Source of the DNA: Clostridia bacterium
Lineage (GTDB): Bacteria; Bacillota; Clostridia; Oscillospirales; SIG627
Direction of reading: 5' to 3'
Assembly: GCA_017453605.1 (NCBI GenBank)
Contig: JAFTEP010000224.1
Span: forward strand, 1 to 40,523
Length of the DNA: 40,523 nucleotides
Made by a program: the position numbers and the translations under genes. Of the stretch, positions 33,990-40,523 are shown piece by piece. The notes under the pieces are model-generated. The model searched no databases, had not been told where the DNA came from, and saw only the letters and a list, made by a program, of their open reading frames with translations. How positions within the stretch are numbered: the stretch's first letter is position 1; the number at the start of each line of letters is the position of its first letter.

Positions 33990-34894
33990 TCTTCAGCGAG
34001 CTTTACGGCGCCTACTACAACACGGTCGCGCGCCTTCTGAAAGCGGCGGTCGCGACCCCTCTCACCAAGAGCGATATACGGCGGATAACCGGGGAGACCG
34101 CGTTCGGCGAAAGCATTCTGAACATAGAGCCTGCGATCACGGAGGGAAGATGGCAGCTGATACGCCCGGACGGCGCCACGCCGATCCGCAGCGCGCCGAC
34201 GATGCCGCTCACGACCCTCGAAAAGCGCTGGCTGAAAGCGGTCTGCCTTGATCCGAGGATGAAGCTCTTTTACGACGAGCCGCCCGAGATCGGGGACGTC
34301 GAGCCGCTGTTTTCGCCCGGCGATATCTCGGTGTTCGACAGATATTCCGACGGCGATCCGTATGAGGACGAGGGCTACATCGCCCGCTTCCGGCTTATCC
34401 TGGACGCGATAAGAAAAGAATACCCGATCAAAATAGAAATGACCAACCGCAAGGGCGGCGTGTCGCGCTTCGTGATGCTGCCGGATCACCTGGAATATTC
34501 CGAAAAGGACGACAAGTTCAGGCTTCTGGGCTCCGGCAACAGATCCGGCAGGACCGTGAACGTCGGGAGGATAACAAAGTGCGAGGCGTATCCCGGAAAG
34601 CTCTCGTTTTCGACGCCGGCGCCTCAGGACGAAAAGGAAACGATCGAATTTATCCTGACCGACAAGAGGAACGCCCTCGAGCGCGCGCTCTTACATTTCG
34701 CGCACTTTGAGAAGCAGGCGAAAAGGATAGACGAAACGCACTATTCGGTCGGCCTGACCTACGACAAACCGGACGAAACGGAGCTTGTCATCCGCGTTCT
34801 GTCCTTCGGACCGATGATAAAGGTGACCTCTCCCGAGAGCTTCGTCGGGCTGATAAAAGAAAGGCTTGAAAAACAAAAAAGCTGCGGACTCTGA
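33986..34894 (+). CDS. WYL-domain protein B (paralogue, translationally coupled to A)
   Basis: WYL core IKIEMTNRKGGVSRFVMLPDHLEYSEKDDKFRLLGSGNRSGRTVNVGRITKCE with a WCX-like C-terminus. 4-nt ATGA overlap with protein A. Confidence 0.7.
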   Translation: MIFSELYGAYYNTVARLLKAAVATPLTKSDIRRITGETAFGESILNIEPAITEGRWQLIRPDGATPIRSAPTMPLTTLEKRWLKAVCLDPRMKLFYDEPPEIGDVEPLFSPGDISVFDRYSDGDPYEDEGYIARFRLILDAIRKEYPIKIEMTNRKGGVSRFVMLPDHLEYSEKDDKFRLLGSGNRSGRTVNVGRITKCEAYPGKLSFSTPAPQDEKETIEFILTDKRNALERALLHFAHFEKQAKRIDETHYSVGLTYDKPDETELVIRVLSFGPMIKVTSPESFVGLIKERLEKQKSCGL

Positions 34895-34913
34895 CGGGTT
34901 CGCAGCTTTTTTT
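34875..34913 (+). terminator. intrinsic terminator after the WYL pair
   Basis: A-run, stem GCTGCG ... CGCAGC spanning the stop codon, then T7. Confidence 0.7.
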
Positions 34914-34915
34914 CC

Positions 34916-34944
34916 GTGATTTTTCCGAAAAAAGGTGTTAAAAT
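34916..34944 (+). promoter_or_regulatory. candidate promoter for the structured leader / DUF2828-RtcB transcript
   Basis: -35 GTGATT (34916-21), 17-nt spacer, extended -10 TGTTAAAAT (34936-44). The predicted TSS near 34951 is just before the first RNA module. Confidence 0.45.
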
Positions 34945-34959
34945 TTCCTCGCAAACCAA

Positions 34960-35036
34960 AAGACGCCGACAGCGACAAAAATGTATTGGCAACGGATCGT
35001 CACGATCCCTGCGGGTTCAAGCCCCGGAGGCGTCTT
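34960..35036 (+). ncRNA. structured RNA module 1 (77 nt) with T-arm-like hairpin
   Basis: 8-bp closing stem AAGACGCC/GGCGTCTT. Internal 6-bp hairpin GGATCG-TCA-CGATCC. T-arm-like hairpin GCGGG-TTCAAGC-CCCGG, with one G-G mismatch, stacks directly on the closing stem. Confidence 0.4.
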
Positions 35037-35041
35037 GAAAA

Positions 35042-35095
35042 AAGACACGCACAGCAAAGATTGCCGGATCAGATTTTGAGGATTTAACGTGTCTT
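35042..35095 (+). ncRNA. structured RNA module 2 (54 nt hairpin domain)
   Basis: 8-bp closing stem AAGACACG/CGTGTCTT enclosing 38 nt that include a small GCAA-AGA-TTGC hairpin. Confidence 0.3.
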
Positions 35096-35103
35096 GTTTC
35101 TGT

Positions 35104-35175
35104 ACGCCGGGAGTTCAGCGGCAGAGCGGGAGCCTTGAAACTCCCGTAAGGCGGGTCCGACTCCCGCTCGGCGTC
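35104..35175 (+). ncRNA. tRNA-like cloverleaf (72 nt) with 8-nt anticodon loop; candidate Y-RNA-like tRNA mimic
   Basis: 7-bp acceptor stem ACGCCGG/TCGGCGT. D-arm GTTC-AGCGGCA-GAGC with A14, G18G19 and A21. Anticodon arm GGGAG-CCTTGAAA-CTCCC. 5-nt variable loop. T-arm GCGGG-TCCGACT-CCCGC. Deviations from a real tRNA: G8, C55, no nucleotide 26, an 8-nt anticodon loop and no CCA. Confidence 0.5.
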
Positions 35176-35186
35176 ACAAAAATCCA

Positions 35187-35269
35187 AAGGCGCGGACAGC
35201 AATAGTGATGACAGCTGAAAAAGCAGGTGACTGAAAATCGCCGTTCGCGGATCATATCCGACGCGCCTT
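35187..35269 (+). ncRNA. structured RNA module 4 (83 nt), may be part of the DUF2828 mRNA 5' UTR
   Basis: 8-bp closing stem AAGGCGCG/CGCGCCTT ending 40 nt before the start codon. Contains small internal hairpins such as GGAT-CAT-ATCC. Confidence 0.3.
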
Positions 35270-35309
35270 GAAACATTTTTCATAAAAGTCAGAACAAGAG
35301 GTGATAAAA

Positions 35310-36800
35310 ATGCTCGAATACTTAAAGAATGAAGCGAATATGACCCAGACCGAGAACGGAGCGGCAACTTATCTGTCGACGGGCTCCGACTGCCTCGACC
35401 TCTTCGCGACCGTCGGCGCGCTCCGCCGCGAAAACGAAGAGAAGATCGAAAACGCATTCGTGCGCGCATTCGCCGAAAACCCCGACCTCGCGATGAAGAT
35501 CCTGTTCTTCGCAAGAGACGTCCGCGGCGGGCTCGGCGAGAGGCGCGTCTTCAGGGTCGCGCTGAGACGTTTCAGTTTTTTCAAGCCCGAAAGCGTAAAA
35601 AAGAATCTTCCCTACGTCGCCGAGTTCGGCCGCTTCGACGACCTGCTCACGCTCATCGGCACCTCCTGCGAAAACGAAGCTCTTGATCTCATCAAAGAGC
35701 AGTTTGGCAGGGACAGGGACGCCATGGAAAAAGACAAGCCCGTTTCGCTTCTTGCAAAATGGCTGCCGTCCGTGAACGCGTCGAACGCCGAAACAAAAAA
35801 GCTCGGCAAAAAGATCGCGAAAGCGCTCGGGCTGAGTGAGGCGGAATACAGAAAAACTTTCGCCGCGCTCAGAAAAAAGATCCGCATAATCGAAAATAAC
35901 CTCCGCGAGAGGGACTACACCTTCGATTACTCGGCTCAGCCCTCGAGAGCCCTTTTCAAGTACAAAAGCGCGTTCTACCGCAACGACGGGGAAAGGTACA
36001 GAGAATTTCTGAAGAAAGCCGCGTCGGGCGAAGCCGTGCTCCACGCCGACAACGTCTCGCCCTACGAGCTTGTCGAGCCTTATCTTGAAAAAAACTGGTT
36101 CAGCGGCATGAAAAGCTTCGCAAGGTCCGCGAGCCCCGGGGAGCAGGAGACTCTAAACGCGACCTGGGCGGCTCTTCCCGATTTCGGCGGCGACGGGAAC
36201 GCCCTCGCCGTGATCGACACCTCGGGCTCCATGTACTGGGCGGCATCTCCCGTTCCCGCCTCCGTCGCGCTCTCGCTCGGACTGTATTTTGCTGAAAGAA
36301 ACAAGGGCGCGTTTGGAAACCACTTCATAGAGTTCTCCGCCGATCCTCAGCTCATCGAGCTCAAGGGCGAGACCTTCTTCGACAGGCTGACCTACGCCGC
36401 GTCCTTCAATCAGGTCGCGAACACCGACCTGGAGGCGGTGTTCGATCTCGTTCTCAACGCGGCTCTCAAAAACGGAGTGCCTCAGGAGGAATTGCCCGCG
36501 AAGCTCGTCATCGTCTCCGATATGGAGTTTGACCAATGCGTTGATAACGCGAATGAACTCAATTTCGCCAACGCGAAGAAGAAATACGAAGCGCACGGCT
36601 ACAGGCTTCCGCAGATAGTCTTCTGGAACGTCGCCGCCAGACATCGCAATCAGCCCGTCAGTCTCAACGAACAGGGCGTCGCGCTCGTTTCGGGCGTCAC
36701 TCCGCGCCTGTTCGGAATGGTCGCGGGAGAGCTCGAATCGCCATACGCCTTTATGCTCGAGGTGCTGGGAAGCGAACGCTACGAAAGGATCTCGGCGTGA
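35310..36800 (+). CDS. DUF2828-family vWA protein (Ro60/TROVE-like candidate RNA-binding protein)
   Basis: N-terminal TENGAATYLSTGSDCLDLF and AKWLPSVNAS signatures of DUF2828. C-terminal vWA domain with MIDAS VIDTSGSM. The ATG at 35310 lies 5 nt after AAGAGGTGA; the track start at 35301 is a GTG in the RBS. Confidence 0.75.
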   Translation: MLEYLKNEANMTQTENGAATYLSTGSDCLDLFATVGALRRENEEKIENAFVRAFAENPDLAMKILFFARDVRGGLGERRVFRVALRRFSFFKPESVKKNLPYVAEFGRFDDLLTLIGTSCENEALDLIKEQFGRDRDAMEKDKPVSLLAKWLPSVNASNAETKKLGKKIAKALGLSEAEYRKTFAALRKKIRIIENNLRERDYTFDYSAQPSRALFKYKSAFYRNDGERYREFLKKAASGEAVLHADNVSPYELVEPYLEKNWFSGMKSFARSASPGEQETLNATWAALPDFGGDGNALAVIDTSGSMYWAASPVPASVALSLGLYFAERNKGAFGNHFIEFSADPQLIELKGETFFDRLTYAASFNQVANTDLEAVFDLVLNAALKNGVPQEELPAKLVIVSDMEFDQCVDNANELNFANAKKKYEAHGYRLPQIVFWNVAARHRNQPVSLNEQGVALVSGVTPRLFGMVAGELESPYAFMLEVLGSERYERISA

Positions 36801-36861
36801 GGCGGCGCCCCGCTCTCCGGGCGGGGCGTACTGCCGGATCATCAAAAAAAGGATAAGTATT

Positions 36862-38133
36862 ATGTTTGAAATAAAAGGCAAAATCAACACGGCGATCTGC
36901 TACGCGAAGGTCGTGGAGGACAGCGCGATAGAGCAGATAAAAAGGATGTGCGACTATGAGCTGACCTCCGGCAGCCGGATCAGGATCATGCCCGACGTCC
37001 ACTCCGGGAAGGGCTGCACCATCGGGACCACGATGACCGTGACCGACAAGGCGTGCCCCAACATAGTCGGGGTAGATATAGGCTGCGGTATGTACACAGT
37101 GAAGCTCGAAGAAAAAGAGGCCGATCTGACTAAGATAGACCAGGCCGCGCACTTTATACCCTCCGGGATGAACACCTGGGAGGGACGGATAGAGAAATTC
37201 GATCTGACCGGGCTGAAATGCTTCCGCTCTCTGAAGGATTCCAGAAGGCTCGAACGCTCTCTCGGCACCCTCGGCGGCGGCAACCACTTCATCGAGATCG
37301 ACAGGGCGTCCGACGGGAGCCTGTATCTTGTGATCCACTCGGGGAGCAGGAATCTCGGCAAGCAGGTCGCGGAGATCTATCAGCAAATCGCCGTCGACCT
37401 GCACAGCGGCAAGGAAGAATACTTCAACAGAAGAAATGAGGTCATCGAGACCTACAAGGCACAGGGCAGACGCGCCGAGATCCAGGACGCGCTCAAAAGC
37501 CTCGCTGAGGAATACAAAAAAAGAGAGGCTGACGCGCCGGAGGATCTGTGCTGGCTCTACGGAGACTTTCTCAAAGACTACCTGAACGACGTCGCGATAT
37601 GTCAGGATTTTGCGCGCCGCAGCAGGGAGAAGATGGCCGGGATCATGCTCGAAAAGACCGGGCTGAGGGCTGTCGAAGCTTTCCACACCGTTCACAACTA
37701 CATAGACACCTCCGAAATGATCCTCAGAAAGGGCGCGATCGCCGCGCACGCCGGCGAAAAGGTGCTGATCCCGATAAACATGCGCGACGGCTCCGTTCTC
37801 GCCGTCGGGAAAGGCAATCCCGAATGGAACTTCTCGGCTCCCCACGGAGCGGGAAGGCTCATGTCGAGGAGCAGGGCGAGAGAGGAGATAGACCTGGAGG
37901 CGTACAAGGCGTCTATGGAGGGGATCTATACCACATCCGTCAGCCTCAGCACCATCGACGAGGCTCCCATGGCGTATAAATCCATCGACGATATAATCGA
38001 CGTGATAAGAGGATCGGTCGACGTCGTCGATATAATGAAGCCCGTCTACAACTTCAAGGCGTCCGGCGACGATGTCCCCTGGAAGAAAAAGAGCCCGGAG
38101 GACGACGCCGATCTTTCTGCGGATGACGCTTGA
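36862..38133 (+). CDS. rtcB: RNA 3'-phosphate/2',3'-cyclic-phosphate ligase RtcB
   Basis: RtcB signatures MPDVHSGKG, VGVDIGCGM, GGGNHFIEI, HSGSRNLG, HNYI, PINMRDG and APHGAGR. Confidence 0.9.
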   Translation: MFEIKGKINTAICYAKVVEDSAIEQIKRMCDYELTSGSRIRIMPDVHSGKGCTIGTTMTVTDKACPNIVGVDIGCGMYTVKLEEKEADLTKIDQAAHFIPSGMNTWEGRIEKFDLTGLKCFRSLKDSRRLERSLGTLGGGNHFIEIDRASDGSLYLVIHSGSRNLGKQVAEIYQQIAVDLHSGKEEYFNRRNEVIETYKAQGRRAEIQDALKSLAEEYKKREADAPEDLCWLYGDFLKDYLNDVAICQDFARRSREKMAGIMLEKTGLRAVEAFHTVHNYIDTSEMILRKGAIAAHAGEKVLIPINMRDGSVLAVGKGNPEWNFSAPHGAGRLMSRSRAREEIDLEAYKASMEGIYTTSVSLSTIDEAPMAYKSIDDIIDVIRGSVDVVDIMKPVYNFKASGDDVPWKKKSPEDDADLSADDA

Positions 38134-38143
38134 AATAAAAGAA

Positions 38144-38174
38144 ATTTTGCCGCCGGGATCCCGGCGGCAAAATC
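38144..38174 (+). terminator. intrinsic terminator after rtcB
   Basis: 14-bp stem ATTTTGCCGCCGGG / CCCGGCGGCAAAAT. A T6 run follows at 38185-38190. Confidence 0.65.
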
Positions 38175-38233
38175 ATCCCGGATCCTTTTTTAACCTCCCG
38201 CGTTCTCCGTATAAAAACCATTCTGTTTGACTG

Positions 38234-38276
38234 AAAGCGCGTTTTTTCTTGCAGATCGCGTGAAAAAACGCGCTTT
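38234..38276. terminator. 15-bp inverted repeat, probable terminator between convergent rtcB and topB
   Basis: AAAGCGCGTTTTTTC ... GAAAAAACGCGCTTT with a 13-nt loop. The stems themselves carry the A/T runs. Confidence 0.5.
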
Positions 38277-38334
38277 TGTATGTTTTTCCGGTGATTTTTG
38301 CGGGGAAACGGGGGTTTGAGAGACGGGGGATCAC

Positions 38335-40413
38335 TCACAGAAACTTCACCCTGCCCTCGTCTGTGAGTTCGAGCGCGGCTTCGAAGGGCTTTCCCGCCTT
38401 CGAGAAGAAGCCGCCTATCTTCGGGGAGCGCCGTTTTTCGAGAAGCCACGCCGCGAGCGTCTTCGGGATCACGCGGCCCGCGATCCTGCGCGGTATATTG
38501 AGCCTGCATCCGTTCTCCTTATATCCCGAGCACGAATATCCGTATCGTGATACCTTGACTTCGCCTCCGCACAGCGGACAGACGCCGACCGGATCGCCGT
38601 AGAAGCCCGTGTCCTTTTTGGGATCGGGAGCGGAGGTGATGACCTCGGCGATCTCCTTTTTTGCCATTTCGAGGCTCTCGTCTATGCTGATCTCGCCGCG
38701 GTAGACCTTTTTGAGCGCCTGACCGAGCTGCGAGGTCTTGTATTTGTCCATAGAAATGTTCATATCTCCGAGCGCCTCTATCAGAAATTCGCCCGGTCTT
38801 TCTATCGTATATACGTCGTTTTTCAGCAAAATATATCCGCTCTTTCTCGCGTTGTCGATTATTCCCGTGCGCGTCGCCTCCGTCCCGAGCTCGAGCCCCT
38901 CGAAGATCGCGCGGTAGTCCTCGTCGTCGCTGTCCGCCTTCGCCTTATCGTCGCGGAATGGGTTTTTGAGGTAGTTGTTGAGAGTCTCTATCGTGTAGTG
39001 TTTGGGCGGAACCGTCTCCTTCTCGACCGGCTCGAAACTGACCTCTATTTTCTCTCCTTTTGTGAGATTGGGCAAAAACTTATCCTTTGGCGTGTAGAAA
39101 TCGAACTTCGTCCAGCCGGGCTGACGCATCGCGGAGCCCTTTATGCAAAACTCCTCCATGCCTCCGACGTCGATCGTGACCTCCGTTCTGTCCACTATGC
39201 AGTCCTCGCTGCAGAACACGGCGACAAAGCGCTTCAGGACCGCGGAATAAACGAGCTTTTCCCTTTCGGAAAGCGCGTCCTTCGAGGGGATCTTGTAGGT
39301 CGGCGTCAGCGCGGAGTGGCTTTCGATCTTGCTGTCGTCGAAGATCGTCTTTTTGAACTTGAATTCGACCGGGTATCCGAGAGCGGCGACTTTTTTGATG
39401 ATAGTCTTCATCTTGTCCTGTTCGTTTGTCGCGACGTATTCGCTGTTGGTCCTCGGATATGTGACGTAGCCCGCTTCGTAGAGCTTCTGCAGGATCTCGA
39501 GGCTCTCGGTCATCGGCATCTTGAACTTCTTGCCGAGAAAGCTCTGCAGGCGCGAAAGGGAATACAGTTTACCCGGAGAAAGGGTCTCCTTTTTCTTTTT
39601 GACGTCCTTCACGACGCCTCCCGCCGCGTTGTATTTTTCGCAGAGCGCCTTCGCTTCTTCGATGCGGTCGGACGGGAACTTTTCCTTGCTGACAAGCTCG
39701 ATCTCGCCGTCGGAGCGCACGGTCTTCGACACCGGCGAGAAATACTTTTCCGGAACGAAATTCCTGATCGCCATATCGCGGTCGTATATCGCCTTTACCA
39801 CAGGCACGATGACCCTTCCGACTCTGAGAAGGGTGCCGGTCTTCAGGGTGGCGTAGCGCGTGAGGTTGACGCCGTAGAGCCAGTCGATGTAGGTGCGCGC
39901 GAAGCCCTCGTCGGCGAGAGGCTTGTATTCGTCCTCGCTCTTCATATTCTTCAGTGCTTCGCGGATAGTGACGTCGGTCTGGTCCGGCAGCCAGAGCCGC
40001 AAAAAGGGCTTCGGCTCCGGGGCGGCCTGCTCGACGCAGATACGGATGATGATCTCGCCCTCGCGGTCGGAGTCTCCGGCGTTCACGAGGGTGTCGACGT
40101 CGCTGCGGCGGCACAGCGTTTTTATGATCTCGAACTGCTTCTTGACTCCCGGATCGACGGTCTTGTCGTCCTTTCTTCTGAGGCGGAAAACGAATTTGTC
40201 CGGGAAGCAGGGGAGGACAGACGCGTCCCAGCGCGGCAGACGTTTTTGTTCGGGAAGATAGTCCTCGACGTCGCAGAGCCCGAAAAGATGCCCGAACGCC
40301 CAGGTGACGATATATTCGCTTGAAGAATAGAACCCGTCCTGTTTTTTCATATCGCCTATCGCGGCGATTATGTTTCTGGCAAGGCTCGGCTTTTCGGCGA
40401 TTATCAGCTTCAT
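38335..40413 (-). CDS. topB: DNA topoisomerase III (type IA) with C-terminal zinc-ribbon
   Basis: TOPRIM motifs (LIIAEKPS, DSDREGE). Active-site region GYVTYPRTNS. C-terminal CPLCGG...CSGYKENGC. GAAGGAAAAG RBS. Confidence 0.85.
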   Translation of the reverse strand: MKLIIAEKPSLARNIIAAIGDMKKQDGFYSSSEYIVTWAFGHLFGLCDVEDYLPEQKRLPRWDASVLPCFPDKFVFRLRRKDDKTVDPGVKKQFEIIKTLCRRSDVDTLVNAGDSDREGEIIIRICVEQAAPEPKPFLRLWLPDQTDVTIREALKNMKSEDEYKPLADEGFARTYIDWLYGVNLTRYATLKTGTLLRVGRVIVPVVKAIYDRDMAIRNFVPEKYFSPVSKTVRSDGEIELVSKEKFPSDRIEEAKALCEKYNAAGGVVKDVKKKKETLSPGKLYSLSRLQSFLGKKFKMPMTESLEILQKLYEAGYVTYPRTNSEYVATNEQDKMKTIIKKVAALGYPVEFKFKKTIFDDSKIESHSALTPTYKIPSKDALSEREKLVYSAVLKRFVAVFCSEDCIVDRTEVTIDVGGMEEFCIKGSAMRQPGWTKFDFYTPKDKFLPNLTKGEKIEVSFEPVEKETVPPKHYTIETLNNYLKNPFRDDKAKADSDDEDYRAIFEGLELGTEATRTGIIDNARKSGYILLKNDVYTIERPGEFLIEALGDMNISMDKYKTSQLGQALKKVYRGEISIDESLEMAKKEIAEVITSAPDPKKDTGFYGDPVGVCPLCGGEVKVSRYGYSCSGYKENGCRLNIPRRIAGRVIPKTLAAWLLEKRRSPKIGGFFSKAGKPFEAALELTDEGRVKFL

Positions 40414-40523
40414 TTTCTTTTCCTTCGGTTTTTATCCATCAACTTTTTTCTATCAACAGTCCGTCGATTTTTTGACGCATATTCTTATCGTTCGGGGACC
40501 CGTTCGGAACCCCTTCCCGTATC

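Noticed and set aside
35104-35175. Calling this element a genuine tRNA gene
   Set aside because: It has an 8-nt anticodon loop, G8, C55, no nucleotide 26 and no CCA, so no anticodon can be assigned unambiguously. I report it as a tRNA-like ncRNA candidate instead.
36751-37845. 364-aa minus-strand ORF
   Set aside because: It lies antisense to rtcB, whose catalytic motifs are all present on the plus strand.
38998-40323. 441-aa plus-strand ORF
   Set aside because: It lies antisense to topB (TOPRIM and active-site Tyr motifs on the minus strand) and has low-complexity composition.

Overview
This is a roughly 58% GC Firmicutes/Clostridia-style chromosomal segment, judged from GGAGG ribosome-binding sites, TGn-extended -10 promoters and hairpin plus T-run terminators. 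I saw no rRNA, canonical tRNA, CRISPR array, transposase or integrase. There are six blocks. (1) 1-7486, minus strand: a string of mostly orphan genes around a SpoVK/CbbX-type AAA+ ATPase and a lambda-type Ser/Thr metallophosphatase. A YqiA-like pseudo-esterase, a small Cys-rich protein and a WYL-domain regulator lie upstream. Two promoters in this block share the same palindrome plus extended -10 module. (2) 8156-16418, minus strand: a five-gene operon forming a complete c-di-GMP phosphorelay. It encodes an XRE regulator, a BvgS-like hybrid kinase with two periplasmic binding domains, a REC/degenerate-GGDEF/EAL phosphodiesterase, a stand-alone Hpt protein and an APC-permease-GGDEF fusion. (3) 16597-19032: an L-fucose-isomerase-family gene and a divergent PocR/AraC regulator. 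(4) 19094-32321, minus strand: four translationally coupled prepilin-type (pseudopilin) genes followed by a 3079-aa surface protein. One pilin is a 734-aa modular pilin with GLUG repeats and one lacks Glu5. The giant protein has no sortase signal, and no pilus ATPase, platform or peptidase gene is present in the window. (5) 32739-38133, plus strand: two tandem WYL-domain proteins, then a ~360-nt highly structured transcribed leader containing a near-perfect tRNA-like cloverleaf, then a DUF2828 vWA protein (which I take to be Ro60/TROVE-like) and RtcB RNA ligase. The layout resembles Rsr-Y RNA-RtcB RNA-repair operons but has WYL regulators in place of RtcR. (6) 38335-40413: topoisomerase III. 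The two candidates most worth follow-up are the WYL / tRNA-like RNA / DUF2828 / RtcB cassette and the orphan pseudopilin plus giant-adhesin operon. All family assignments come from motifs read by eye in the translations and need profile searches to confirm.
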